Shown piece by piece: positions 38,177-51,792 of a DNA stretch of 64,000 bases. The position numbers and the translations under genes were made by a program. This DNA is from Malacoraja senta (Eukaryota), in NCBI GenBank assembly GCA_038087875.1, contig CM075977.1, positions 268,150,001-268,214,000 on the forward strand, given 5' to 3'. Numbering within the stretch: position 1 is the stretch's first letter; each line of letters starts with the position of its first letter. The notes below the pieces were generated by a model, which saw only the letters and a list, made by a program, of their open reading frames with translations, did not search any database and was not told the origin of the DNA.

Positions 38177-38381
38177 TGTAAATGACCCAGTCATTCTCAC
38201 AAACATGGTACACCAGAATTTATTAAAATACACTTAAAGTACACTACAGCATGCAGCCTCAGCTGTGTAGCGGTAAATAGACTAACAGCACAAGCTGGTT
38301 TATGATCATATGAACAGTGTAGTAGGCAGAGCTTCTAATACTAAAGCACTACATTGGTTAGTGTGGAGTAACCAATCTACA
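38177..38381 (-). repeat. 3' LTR
   Basis: Direct repeat of 42698-42902 with about 12 substitutions. Confidence 0.95.
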
Positions 38382-39018
38382 TCTTTCCTTGTTCAAATAA
38401 AAGTGAAGCACATCTAAATGCAGGTGGCCTTTAAGAATAAACACACTAATATGTGATGGCTGAGTAATACAGCACCTGAAATGCTAATAGCGCATACATG
38501 GACGTGTAGATGGTTTAAACAAAAAACCCACACCTAACGGGTGGCCTACAAACTCGTCCCGCGCAAATGCGGTATAGATCCGCGTCTCCTCCGTTCACCG
38601 GGGAAGTAACCGAGGTACCCATGCGGGGATAGCACCGGAGTCCCGGGGGGGTGAACACGGCGAAGCAGGCGAGCCGAACGTTGTGGTGAGGGTGCAGGGG
38701 GCATGGCCAGTGGCTGATCTGCAGCAGCAGAGCACGAGGGAAGAGACAGTCTGACAGTAGAAGGGTACATCAGATGCGTGACGTCTGGATACGAGACCGC
38801 AGGACGTGGTTCCTTCACAGGAAGGAGATGCTCACAGTTGCGTCTGTAAATTCCTCCGTCGGCAATCACCAGGTGTGAGCGCGGCTCCTTTGCAGGGCTG
38901 TGGATGTGACCCAAATGGCCATAGCCCTTGCCAGTCTGAAGGTGAACAGCTTGCCCACTAGAGAAAGGTTGAAGTGGTTTGCTGGATTTGTCGAAAGATC
39001 GCTTCTGTGCATCGCGTT

Positions 39019-42000
39019 TCAGCTGGAGTTGTTTCTGGACAACAGGAGGTGAACGGACCTGTGGCTGCAGCAGCAGCTGCTGGGGCACGGGCAGGGCAGC
39101 ACAGGTCTGCCGAGACGTTGGGCTGGAGACCCCAGTATTGGGTCGAGGGCGATGTTCCTTAAGTTCAGCAGGTCCAAGAACACATCAGATTCAGCAAGGT
39201 GTGAGCGCTCTATTAATTGTTTGGTGCTACATACCGCCCGTTCTGCGACTCCGTTGGACTGTGGAAATTCAAGACTGCTGGTGACATGGCGAAAATCCCA
39301 TCGTTGAGCAAAGTTTTTGAAACACTGACTGGTGAACTGGCTGCCGTTATCTGACTGGAGACGTGCAGGGGCGTTGCGTATGGAGAAGTGGCGTGACAGC
39401 TTTTGGATGACTGTGTCGGATGTGAAGTTTAGGAGTAGGTCAATTTCGAACCAGCCCGAATACAAGTCAACGAGAACCAGATAGTGTTTTCCACGCCACT
39501 TGAATATGTCGGTAGCGACTGTGGACCATGGCAGAGGAGGAACGGGGTGTGAGAGCAAGGGTTGTTTCTGCTGGTGTGGCATTAGGCTGTTGCAGACAGC
39601 GCAGGCTTCGACTCATTCGCGTATATACTCGGTCATACCAGGCCAGTAAAACATGCTCTTTGCCCGATGTAAGGTCGCTTCCACACCGAGGTGGCCCCTG
39701 TGGATGGCATCAAAGTACTTGTCCTGAAGAACAGCTGGGATGACTGCTTTATGACCCTTGATTATGACCCCGTCCTGTAGCACCAGTTCATCGTGAACCA
39801 GGTAGAATGGGCGAATCGCAAGTGGGGTATTATGTTGTTTATCCGGCCAGCCATGCTGGATGACTGAGGACAGTAGTTGTAGAGTTTTATCTGCAGCCGT
39901 GTGCTCTGCCAGGCTGCTTAGGCATTCAGTGGGTACGTATGACACCATTATTACTGTGAACTGGTCTTGTTCTGAGAGCTGTTGTTCGCAGGTTTTGCGT
40001 GGGGCTCTTGATAGCGTGTCAGCTAGGTGCATGTCCTTGCCCTTTTTGTAGAATATAGTGAAATCGAAACAATGTAGCTGCATCATCAACCGTTGCAGGC
40101 GAGCTGGAGCAGCATGAATGGGTTTGTTCAGAATGGTGACCAGCGGCTGGTGGTGTGTTTCCACAAACACGGAGTTGCCAAAAATAAAGTCTTTGAATTT
40201 CGTGCATGCAAAAACCACAGCAAGCAATTCTTTTTCGATCTGGGCGTAACGTTGTTCAGTCTCAGACAGAGTGCAGGAGGCGTAAGCAACAGGTCTGCAG
40301 TCACCTTTGGTGGAAGACTGTAGGCAAGCAGCGCCAGGTCCATATTGGGATGCATCACATGTGAGCGTCACCAGCAACGCCAAAGCAAAGTAGGCGAGTG
40401 TTGGCGCACTGACCAGTTGCAACTTAAGGATTTCAAAAGCACTCTGGTGTTGTGGGTTCCAGGACCAGGCAGTGTCCTTGGGAGTCAGGGGGGGAAGATA
40501 TATCGCTAAGGTTGGAAATGAATTTACCCAAGTAGTTGACCATTCCCAGGAATCTCTGTAAACTCATAACGTCAGTGGGAGCTGGCATCTCGTTGATGGC
40601 AGTGGTATTAGAGGGGTCTGATCCGAGGCCATCACTGGTGAATCCGACATAGTTGATCTCTGTGACACAAAATTTGCATTTTAGAGGGTTGAGCTTGAGA
40701 TGGATGTCTTTTGCACGGTCTAGTACTTTTTTCAAATTGGCATCATGTTCAGCCGTGTTGTGTCCGGCAATGAGAATATCATCGACAATGATGGAGCACA
40801 GGTACTCTGCAAATAATTGTTCCATTGTACGTTGGAAAACCTCACTCGCAGTGTTGATGCCAAAGGGCTTCTGCAGAAATTTATAGCGGGCAAAGTGGGT
40901 GCCGAACGTGATGAGATTGGATGAGTCAGGATCCAGCTGGATCTGCAAAAACAACCTTTTGGCATCCAGAACAGAGAACACAAATGCACTGCCTATCTGA
41001 GCAGCAACTTCCTCTACTGTACGCATCGGGTAGTGTGGGCATCTGATCGCTGTGTTTAGGTCTCTGGGGTTGATGCAGATTCGGATTTCTTCCTTGTTCT
41101 TCTTTGTTGCAACTACCATGGTGGAAACCCAGTCAGACGGGTCGGTGACCATAGCAATGACACACAGGGACCCCATCCGCTGGAGTTCATTGTATACTCT
41201 GTCGCGCATAGCATGCGGAATACGGTGTGGTGCTCAGACCACAAATAAGACATTTGGATCAGTGCCGATGTTGTACTTAATGGGCAGTTTCCCAAGCTTG
41301 TTGTCAAGTAGTTCTTTGTATTGTGAAAGTATCTGCTGAGTGGAGCCCTCAGTGGGAGAAATTTGATGAACAGCAGGCCCAAAGGTGACCAGTCCTAGAC
41401 CCTGGCATGCGTTAATGCCAAGCAGAGTTGCAGAATTCTCACGGACAATGAAAAACTGCAGTTTGTGAGCGTGTGAGACCAGGCGGCAATTCAGTTCAGT
41501 TTGTTCAAGTGGGAACAGTTCCCCTCCCCCGTAGGCTTGAAAAGTGGCCGAAGTGTTTGCAAAACGGTCGGCATTATGGATTTGTTTAAATTCAGATAAA
41601 GACTTGACATTGCACTTGGCACCAGTGTCGATCTTTGCAAAGGTGATGTTGATGTTAACGAGCAGAGAAACTTCAGGGTCACGTTGCTTGTTAGTGGAAG
41701 CAATCTGCGAGTTGATGTTAGGACGGTTGTCTTCATGTTCTGGGAACCGAACAGGAGATGGTGCTTCCTCATGTTTTAACAGGTGCACAGCCTGCCTTGG
41801 GAATGAATGAACTTTGCATGAATGACAGCATTTCATGAAGTGATTCATCTTCTTACAGTAGTGGAAATTTTTTCCAATAGCAATGCAGAATTCGCAACCT
41901 GGAATGTGGGAGCCGTCACAGTTAGAACCGTTTGATAGATCTCCGAGGCTGTCGAGGTGGTGTGTTGGGTTGTGAACATCGGTTATGATAAGAGGTGTCG

Positions 42001-42600
42001 GTAGCATTGACACTGTACGAGGAATATAGCCCCGGGCCCAAAGACTTTGTGTGAGAAACAGTTCAGAAATCCTGCAAGCATTCTCATCTCGGGCCAAGGT
42101 TCAGTAACGCGGAGCAGTTCATCTCGTGCCTTATCACTAACCAGACCTCCTACCAGTTTGTCATGGACGAGATCCTCACAACGATTCCTAAAACGACAGC
42201 ATGCAGCCATGTGTTTCAGATCACTAATGAAATTTTCAACAGGTTTTCCTTGTAGTTGGTAGTGAGCAAAAAACTTTGTACATTCAAGTAGGCAGTTGAC
42301 ACGAAGGTCACACAGCTGTCTGAACTTAGCAAGTAGGACTGCAGGGTCATCAATAGTTTCAGCAGGTACCACGATCTGGTTGTTGTGATCCAGAACTGCA
42401 GGCACGTGGTCGAAATGCTCAGCGCACTTCATTGCTTCAGGGCCAGCGACATTGAGTAGTATAGAAGCACGCACGTCTGGTGCAGCGTTGCGATGAGCAG
42501 CACGAATGTAATAGCTGTAGTCGCGCTCAAAAATGCGCCAACGTTCAGTGATGTCTGAGTCAAAGATCAGAGGGTCTGGACAGCGAAGTGAGCTGGCCAT
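39019..42600 (-). pseudogene. Gypsy gag-pol (disrupted)
   Basis: gag 41983-42600; protease AKIDTGAKCNV (41234-42097); RT IIVDDILI (40433-41209); RNase H TCDASQYG, YAQIEKELLA, ADTLSR (39613-40422); integrase VATDIF, SDNGSQF, PQSNGVAER (39019-39582). Confidence 0.93.
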
Positions 42601-42697
42601 GGCAGCGATAGTGAATACACAAAACAAAACTCAGCGGACAAAATAAAAACCGATATACTTAAACACGGAGTGGGTTACCAACCACTTCTTGACACCG

Positions 42698-42902
42698 TGT
42701 AAATGACCCAGTCATTCTCACAAACATGGTACAACAGAATTTATTAAAATACACTTACAGTACACCACAACATGTTGTCTCAGCTGTGTAGCGGCAAATA
42801 GACTAACAGCACAAGCTGGGTTACGATAATATGAACAGTGTAGTAGGCGGAGCTTCTAATACTAAAGCACTACATTGGTTAGTGTGGAGTAACCAATCTA
42901 CA
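42698..42902 (-). repeat. 5' LTR
   Basis: Adjacent to the PBS-like sequence at about 42681-42697. Confidence 0.95.
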
Positions 42903-43769
42903 GGCTGGTCAGTGCAGACTCAGTGGGCAGAAGGAGCTGTTTCCATGCTGTATCTCTAAAGTCTCAACTGTTTCTGTGTTCTTTTTTAGGGAAGGTTGGA
43001 TCCTGGGATTAAGATCTATTCCTCCCTTCTCAGCTTCTGAATCTATCTTTCCTCTAACTAGACCTAGAGCCACAGCACTACAAGGAAGATGGAAGACAAT
43101 GGCAGTGAGCTCCATATAATGAGATTCAGCAGTCTACACCACCTTTGAGGCAGAGCAAAACAAATCACTCCACAATAGGACAAATGGTGTCCTAGTCATG
43201 CAGCATGGAAACAGACCCTTTGGCCCAACTTGCCCACAACGACCAACATGCCCCATCCAGTCTCAAGAACAGCATAAAAAGCGGGATGCAGCAAGAAGAG
43301 GGATTACAATCATAAACTTAGTTTTGCTTCTGAGTCACACAGATAACATCTCAAACATTAAGAGAAAATCAGATCCATCTTACTTTAAAATGTGCTTAAT
43401 GTTTCAATTTCCTCAACTGTGAACATTTCTTTAAAAGATTTAGTACAAGACTGCCTCATTATTTCTCTCTGAAAAATAGTCACCCATTATAACCAGCTAC
43501 AAAGATACTTAATTAAATGGAAGAACAGCTGTTCTTTCATTTCATTCCGTTACAGATCTGCAGGCCCTCCTCCCCATTCATGTCTGGCTGGTAGACGGTT
43601 CTTCTTGCTCTGTAGCGGCAACATTTCATTCCCAGAGTTGAGGAGTGAAGGTGTTTGATCATGTCGTATCTTTGCGTCTTTGGATCAATTACCATTGCTC
43701 CAGAAGATTAGGTTACTTTATCATGCCAACGTGTGCCAGTGATGAGCTGTGTTTCTTTCCATCCCAGAC

Positions 43770-44300
43770 AGACCACAAAATGCTGGAATAACTCAGCAGG
43801 ACAGGTGGCATCGCTGGATAGATGGAATGGGCGACGTTTCCGGTCGAGACGCTTCTTCAGACTGAAAGTCGTGGGAAAGGGAAGCAAGATGATGTAGAGA
43901 GATATTGATCAAATGAATGAAAAATATGCAAAAAAGTAACAATAAAGGAAACAGGCCATTGTTAGCGGTTTGTTAGGTGACACTGAGAAGCTGGAGTGAG
44001 TTGGATAGGAGAGGGATGCAGAGAGAGGGAATGCAGGGATTACTTGGTTAGAGAAATCAATTTCATACCACTGGGCTGCAAGCCACCCAAGTGAAATAGG
44101 AGATACTGTTCCTCCAATTTGCGTTTGGCCTCACGCTGACAATGGAGGAGCCCTAGGAAAGAAAGATCAATGTGGGAATGGGGAGGGGAATTAAAGTGTT
44201 TAGCAACCAGGAGATCAGGTAGGTCCAGGCAGACTGAGCGAAGGTGTTCAGCAAAACGATCGCCCAGTCTAGGTATGATCTCGCCGATGTATAAAAGTCC
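43770..44300 (-). mobile_element. Penelope 3' fragment plus terminal repeat
   Basis: CGLLYIGEIIPRLGDRFAEHLRSV in ORF 44040-44522. Confidence 0.88.
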
Positions 44301-44304
44301 ACAA

Positions 44305-44660
44305 ATTGAAGTACTTTCTTTCCATACTATTTGAATCAATTGCTTGAAGCACTGTACCATCTCATCTTCTCCTGTAACCTTCTCAATCTCCTTTATCATT
44401 GACAGAGAGATTGGAATATATGAAGCCATGTTGATCATCTCATGTGCAATATCCTTGACTTCTCTCCCATCTTTCAGAGGTTCAGTAAGCATGTTGTTTT
44501 CTTCTTTTGGCCAGACAATCACAAATCTTTACATTGTATGTTTGCATCCTCACAATCATCCACTGTAAGTTGTTCAGTTATAATACAGAGGTTTCACAGC
44601 AATGATTCTCAGGTGATGTTACTCATCTGCACATATGCAGTTCACTCAGATATACATAGT
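44305..44660 (-). mobile_element. Old Gypsy pol fragment (RNase H-integrase linker)
   Basis: IKEIEKVTGEDEMVQCFKQLIQIVW resembles EHTAADKTLQLLSSVIQHGW of the Gypsy at 39613-40422. Confidence 0.6.
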
Positions 44661-44707
44661 AAAACAGTGCAACTTCACAAGAAATACCTTCTTCGTAATG
44701 TGCATGT

Positions 44708-45010
44708 CTCCCCGTTCGATTGCAACCTTGTCATGGTCAGGGAGCTTGTGTGTCTCAGTGACCCCTAGAGCTATGCCAGCGTGAGATTTGTCTCCTGTTT
44801 GGGTCTCCAATGCTGGACATGTCAAAGGGTAGAGGCGAGACGAAGAGCGATCCACTGGTCCTCCAAGTTGGAGATTGAGCACAGGGCTAACAACCCCGTC
44901 TCGTAAAACAAATATGTTACGGAAACAGCAACTGAAGGAATCAACAAGGAGTGGAGGACCTTTGTTGCGGCCCTAAATGCCAGGAGGCATAATAGGCAGT
45001 AAGTAAGTAA
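44708..45010 (+). mobile_element. Bipartite non-autonomous RTE element (5'UTR fused to 3' end)
   Basis: 13-bp TSD GTAATGTGCATGT (44695-44707, 45011-45023); RTE-like 5'UTR ACCTTGTCATGG...GAGCTATGCC; WRTFVAALNA C-terminus; (TAAG)n tail. Confidence 0.8.
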
Positions 45011-46916
45011 GTAATGTGCATGTAGCACACCTTCACCTATTAGAATTCGACTTGCGTATGTCATCAGCTAACCTTCTAACAAGACCTTTGCTCCAAGCAG
45101 TCACAAAGTGCTGGAGTAACTCAGCACGTCAGGCAGCATCTCTGGAGAAAAAAGGCCTCTCTCACTGAGACCTGCAATGAAACCCAACTTTACTTCATTC
45201 TATATAAACCAGCATCTGCAGTTCCTCGTTCCTACATTTTGCTCTCAGGCATCCGACTACGACACCTTCTCCCCTTGTCATCCAAGCATCACAAATTAGA
45301 TTCTGTTGTGACTACCTCTTGGATTTCTTTGACTGTCTGCACCCGGGCATCTCTTAAACATAGCTCCACATCCTTCTTCAGCATTCAGGGCACAGCAATG
45401 GAATTATAAATAGCTGCACAGAAGTCCTACAAATAACATTTAAAAGGTTTCCTTTACCTGTGCTGAAATACCTTTACTTATAGTAGAAAGATTACAGTAA
45501 CCTTAATGAATGACAGCCAACACTTTCTCTCCCCATCTAAGCTATGAGCTGAACCCGGCAATTTTTTTCCGAACATTAGTCAGAAAAATTATGTATACAA
45601 CATGTGCAAATTTCTTCTGACATTTTCAGAGGATATACGTACATTTTATTTCAAAGTCACATGAGTGACTACGTGAAGAACCCCGCCAGCCCGCATGCGC
45701 GTCAATATGTCTAACGCATGGCGCACGACAGGCTGGGAGGAGGGTCGGCTCCTCCAGCGGTAAGTTTAAAAACCTCACAGGTAAGTGTGCAACTTACTCG
45801 GAGGAATTTTCTTGTATGTATTTTTTCTAATAACAAAAGTCGCTAGAGTGATGGAAAAACCTAGGACTAACAAACCTAGACGGGCCGCGGGGAAACCGGC
45901 TATAGGGAACCGCGGGAGTGCGGAGAGCCGGCGGCTGTCAGTTTCATCTTCAGAGTCGCTGGAAGTGTGCTCAGCTACTTCAGATTTGGTTCCTGCAAGG
46001 AGCAACTTGGCAACCCCGAAGGGGGGTAAAGCCAAACAAAAGTCTATCAGACATGTATTGTCTGATGATTCAGGCCCGGTGGATTCCCCTCCTACATCAA
46101 TGAGTGATGTCTGAGGGCGTCTATCTCAAATGGAGCACCTCATGGAGAGGATGCTGACACACACTATGCTCCGTGGTATGGAGGCATATACAGGCAGGTC
46201 TACTCTAACACCTGCGGCAGCGCCTGGGACAGGGCTGCTTAGTTCCTCTCGCTCAGATGAGGGGAGTTTCGGAGGTCATAATACGGCTGACTCCGAATAT
46301 AGATGTGTGTCGGAGGAACATGCTGTTATGCATGATATGCACGAGCCGCATACACAAGAGTTGCCAGCTCTTGCCTCCAGATTTGCTGTGCCTTCACAGA
46401 CAGGGAAACCACTTCTGGAAGAATAGGCTTCAAGCGTCTGCTACCTGACTTCACATCAACTTAAAGAGGAGACCATGGTAGAAACAGCTGCCAAATACCC
46501 CACTCCAGAGAATTGTCCAACTCTGAATGTGCCCTCTGTCAACAATACTAATTGGGGGTAGCATCAAGACCCAAGAGATGAAGCTCCAGCGCATCCTGAA
46601 GTTGCTATCTGCAGGCATCACGGCTTTTGCCAGATCAATAGATGGCGGTCCATTATCAGATGCTATGATGCTATGGCGCTGATGTGCAACGCACATTTCG
46701 AGATAAATTGTTTCCGGAAGAACGCCATCAGGCCAGCATTGAACCCTAGGTTTGCGCATCTGTGTAGAGCTAGTAATGTCCAGCCTCCCAATCTACTGTT
46801 CCGAGAAGACCTGAGAAGATGCGGCATCCTCATGCACCAGCAGCTCAACCCTTCAGAGGAAGGGGAAGGAAGCAAAACCAGAATTAGGGTCCGCTGGGCC
46901 TGCTATCGAACCACCT

Positions 46917-48708
46917 GTGACCGTTGAGGTAGGTGGGTCTGGTTCCATCAGTCACACAGGGTGTGAGCAGCAATTACAAATTGGTGGTAGATTAAGTTTG
47001 TTTTTGCATGAATGGCGGCAGATAATCTCAGATCCATTTATATTGCACAGTGCAAAGGGTTGCGAAATTGAGTTTTTACCTAACTCATTGCCACCCACAC
47101 AGCATACGCCAAGTCAGTCGTATATTTATTCCAAACAAGAGGCTTTGGATATGCAAGCGGCAATACACGCATTGCACAAAAAAGGTGTAATTGAGAGATC
47201 AATGTATGAAAAACATCAATACATCACTAGTATATTCTCCAGGGAGAAGAAAGATGGTGAATGCCGTATCATCCTTGATTTGGCAGAATTTAACATATGT
47301 GCAATATAGACATTTTAAGATAGAGAATTTCTTTACTGTTAAGTAACTAATTTCTGAGGGCTACTTTATGGCATGCATCGATCTCATGGATGCATATTAT
47401 TCCGTTCCACTTCACAAGGATCACCGGAGATATCTGAAATTCAGCTGGATGGGACAGCTGTGGCAGTTTAAAGCATTACCTAATGGTTTAACCTCAGCTC
47501 CTCGGTTATTTACTAAACTGTTAAAGCCAGTGCTTGGTCTGCTCAGAGCTAAAAAACATATTGTTATGGGCTATTGGGATGATATCCTGTGCATAGGGAA
47601 AACACTACATTTGGCTAAACTAGCTGTTTCAGCCACAAAGCTTATATTTGAGAAATTGGGGTTTCTCACCCATCCAGTCAAATCCAGGTTGATACCAACA
47701 AGGGTTATTGATTATTTAGGGTTTACTATTAACTCGCTGGAAATATCTGTGACCCTACCCAGGGGAAAGAAATTAGATTTAATGGAAGCTTGTAATAACC
47801 TTCTCATTACAGAACAGCCATCTATTCGCCAGGTGGCTAGAGTAATTGGCAAAATACGACGAATATTCAACATTGCTCCAGCAACATTTTGATTAGTAAA
47901 CCTTTAATTGTACTACAGACTGATGCAAGTGCACTGGGATGGGGAGCTACTAACACCATCTCTAGTTGCAGTGGCAGATGGGACATGCACGAATTATCGT
48001 TAATCCATCAATATGGTATCAATTACCTGGAAATGTTGGGGGAATTCTATGGTTTAAAAGCTTACTGTGGGAAGCTACATAATGTGCATGTTCAACTTCA
48101 ATTCGATAACACTACAGCGGTGGCATATATTAATCATATGGGTGGAATCAAATCAATATCCTGTGATGATTTAGCTAATCTCATTTGGAGTTGGTGTATA
48201 AACAGGAGGATTTGGATCTCAGCTACCTACTTGCCGGGTAGATTTAACACAGTGGCAGATACCAGATCTCATCAATTTAATGGTCACACAGAATGGATGT
48301 TAAATCACAAAGTATTTAACAACATTATTGCTCATTATGGAACACCTGATATTGATTTGTTTGCATCCAGGCTTAATCACCAATTGCCAAGATATATAGC
48401 ATGGGAGCCAGACCCAGGGGCGGAAGCTATAGATGCATTCTCTTTAGACTGGGGAGGAATGTTCTTCTATGCCTTCCCTCCATTTTGCCTCATCGGTCGC
48501 TGCTTGCAAAAAAATCAAGCAAGACTCTGCGATGGGGATTATAGTAGTGCCTGACTGGCCTACGCAACCATGGTTCCCTTTGCTGTTAGCAATGCTAACA
48601 GAACCATATATGGTTATTCATAAACATATATACTTGCTTGTTCATCCCATGTCGTGGGAATCTCATCCTCTGCATGACAAAATCAACCTATTAATTTGCA
48701 GAGCCTAA
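46917..48708 (+). pseudogene. DIRS RT / RNase H / adenine-methyltransferase-like ORF (disrupted)
   Basis: IGGRLSLF, CRIILDL, IDLMDAYY, LPNGLTSAPRLFTK, GYWDD, TDASALGWG, INYLE, DNTTAVAYINHMGG, DLFASRLN, FYAFPPF, VVPDWPTQPW. Confidence 0.93.
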
Positions 48709-49658
48709 GAAGACCTTTTTTGGGGCTCGGAATATCCGACCTAACGGTGGACGTAATCACTGCAGCTTGGCGGGACAGCACTAAAAAGCAGTACACTTCT
48801 TACATTAGACTATGGGAAGTTTTTTGTGTTAATTCAGATATAACTTACGGTTCGGCAGATATAGCCAATGTGTTGGAATTCCTTTCAACATTATATTTTG
48901 ATAACAATTAAGTTACAGTGCTATCAACACTGCTAGAAGTGCTTTATCGTCATACTTGCTGCTGGGATCAGGACACCATTCTGTCAGTTCTCACCCATTG
49001 GTATCCAAATTTATGAGGGGTATCTTTAACAAAAACCCTCCCAGGCCCAGATATACGGAAGTATGGGATATTAACGTAGTGTTAACACTGCTTCGCAGTT
49101 GGGTTCCAGCCGCATCTTTATCCTTGGTTCAGCTCACCTATAAATTAATAATGCTCATGGCGCTCGTTTCAAGCCAACGTGTCCAGTCATTGCATAAATT
49201 AAGGCTGGATAAGGCAGTTATGTCTAACAATAGGGTAACCTTTTACGTAAATGAGTTGGTTAAGCAAAGTAGACCAGGTGTGCTAGGACTTAAGCTGGAT
49301 TTTTTGGCATATCTACCTGATCGTAGGTTATGTGTTGTCACATATATTAAACAATATACAAAGGTTACAAAGGACCTTTGAGGCACCGAATTGGCTATGT
49401 TCATCAGTCACAGAAAACCACACGGAAGGGTGTCAGACCATTTCTAGATGGTTGAGACATGTTTTAGCATTCGCAGGAATGGACACTGATGTTTTTAAAT
49501 CTCACTCTACCAGGGCTGCAGCAACGTCTGCAGCAACATTCATGGAAGTTCCGCTGGACCGCATCCTAGCGACAGCAGGATGGTCGAATGAGCGAAATTT
49601 TCAAGCATATTATAATAAGCCTATTGCCAGCCTGGTTCGTTTGCTAGTAAAATTGTAA
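48696..49658 (+). pseudogene. DIRS tyrosine recombinase (disrupted)
   Basis: WRDSTKKQY, HPLVSKFMRG, SSQRVQSL, HSTRAAATS, ILATAGWS, FQAYY. Confidence 0.92.
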
Positions 49659-49828
49659 GTTCTGTTAATTAATCTATTCTTTATCCCTGATGTAAGGGAC
49701 CATTATTATTATTTCTATTAAAAGCATAAACATGTTTAAGTCAACATCATGTTTTGATGCAGTATGTTTTTTCAGCCATATCTGGTCAACTGAAGCAATA
49801 TGCTTGCATGGACTTTGGTTCACTGCAT

Positions 49829-51792
49829 ACAACCATAGAAACATAGAAAATAGGTGCAGGAGTAGGCCATTCAGTACTTCGAGCCTGCACCACCATTCAA
49901 TATGATCATGGCTGATCATCCAACTCAGTATCCTGTACCTGCTTTCTCTCCATACCCCCTGATCCCTTTAGCCACAAGGGCCACATCTAACTCCCTCTTA
50001 AACATAGCCAATGAACTGGCCTCAACTACATTCTGTGGCAGAGAATTCCAGAGATTCACCACTCTCTGTGTAAAAAATGTTTTCTCATCTCAGTCCTAAA
50101 AGATTTCCCCTTTATCCTTAAACTGTGACCTCTTGTTCTGGACTTCCCCAACATCATCAACAATCTTCCTGCATCTAGCCTGTCCAACCCCTTAAGAATT
50201 TTGTAAGTTTCTATAAGATTATCCCTCAATCTTCTAAATTCTAGCGAGTACAAGCCGAGTCTATCCAGTCTTTCTTCATATGAAAGTCCTGACATCCCAG
50301 GAATCAGTCTGGTGAACCTTCTCTGTACTCCCTCTATAGCAAGAATGTCCTTCCTCAGATTAGGAGACCAAAACTGTACGCAATACTCCAGGTGTGGTCT
50401 CACCAAGACCCTGTACAACTGCAGTAGAACCTCCCTGCTCCTATACTCAAATCCTTTTGCTATGAATGCTAACATACCATTCGCTTTCTTCACTGCCTGC
50501 TGCACCTGCATGCCTACTTTCAATGACTGGTGTACCATGACACCCAGGTCTCGTTGCATCTCCCCTTTTCCTAATCAGCCACCATTCAGGTAATAGTCTA
50601 CTTTCCTGTTTTTGCCACCAAAGTGGATAACCTCACATTTATCCACATTATACTGCATCTGCCATCCATTTGCCCACTCACCCAGCCTATCCAAGTCATC
50701 TTGCAGCCTCCTAGCATCCTCCTCACAGCTAACGCTGCCCCCCAGCTTCGTGTCATCCGCAAACTTGGAGATGTTACGTTCAATTCCCTCGTCCAAATCA
50801 TTAATATATATTGTAAATCGCTGGGGTCCCAGCACTGAGCCTTGCGGTACCCCACTAGTCACTGCCTGCCATTCTGAAAAGGACCCATTACCTCCTACTC
50901 TTTGCTTCCTGTCTGCCAGCCAGTTCTCTATCCACATCAATACTGAACCCCCAATACCATGTGCTTTAAGTTTCTATACTAATCTCTTATGTGGGACCTT
51001 GTTGAAAGCCTTCTGAAAGTCCAGATATAACACATCCACTGGTTCTCCCTTATCCACTCTACTAGTTACATCCTCGAAAAATTCTATAAGATTCGTCAGA
51101 CATGATTTATCTTTCATAAATCCATGCTGACTTTGTCCAATGATTTCACCACTTTCCAAATGTGCTGCTATCCATCTTTAATAACTGACTCTAGCAGTTG
51201 CCCCACTACCGATGTTAGACGAACTGGTCTGTAATTCCCCGTTTTCTCTCCCTCCCTTTTTAAAAAGTGGGGTTACATTAGCTACCCTCCAATCCTCAGG
51301 AACTACTCCAGAATCAAAAGAGTTTTGAAAAATTATCACTAATGCATCCACTATTTCTGGAGCTACTTCCTCAAGTACTCTGGGATGCAGCCTATCTTGC
51401 CCTAGGGATTTATCGGCCTTTAATCCATTCAATTTACCTAACACCACTTCCCGGCTAACCGGGATTTCACTCAGTTCCTCCATCTCATTTGACCCCCGGT
51501 CCCCTGCTATTTCCGGCAGATTAATTAAGTCTTCCTTAGTGAAGACAGAACCAAAGTAGTTATTCAATTGGTCTGCCATGTCCTTGTTCCCCATGTTCAA
51601 TTCACCTGTTTCTGACTGCAAGGGACCTACATTTGTTTTTACTAATCTTTTTCTCTTCACATATCTATAAAAACTTTTGCAGTCAGTTTTTATGTTCCCT
51701 GCCAGTTTTCTTTCATAATCTATTTTCCCTTTCCTAATTAAGACCTTTGTCCTCCTCTGCTGGACTCTGAATTTCCCCCAGTCCTCTGGTAG
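49829..51792 (-). mobile_element. CR1 LINE (5'-truncated) inserted into the DIRS 3' region
   Basis: ORFs 50056-50559, 50575-50940, 50974-51159 and 51178-51804; ATAGAAAC tail repeats; GCAT on both sides. Confidence 0.95.

Larger units (their letters stand above)
38177..42902 (-). mobile_element. Full-length Gypsy/Ty3 LTR retrotransposon, frameshifted
   Basis: 205-bp TG...CA LTRs (38177-38381, 42698-42902); 5-bp TSD GGCTG; PBS-like CGGTGTCAAGAAGTGG (tRNA-Leu type) and purine tract; domain order gag-PR-RT-RH-IN. Confidence 0.96.
37940..42960 (+). mobile_element. HE1-like V-SINE split by the Gypsy element (37940-38176 and 42903-42960)
   Basis: SINE consensus continues across the GGCTG duplication. 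Confidence 0.8.

Noticed and set aside
44040-44522. Novel Gypsy-GIY-YIG fusion protein
   Set aside because: Chance in-frame junction of two decayed fragments; the duplicate at 60231-60638 has stops and indels
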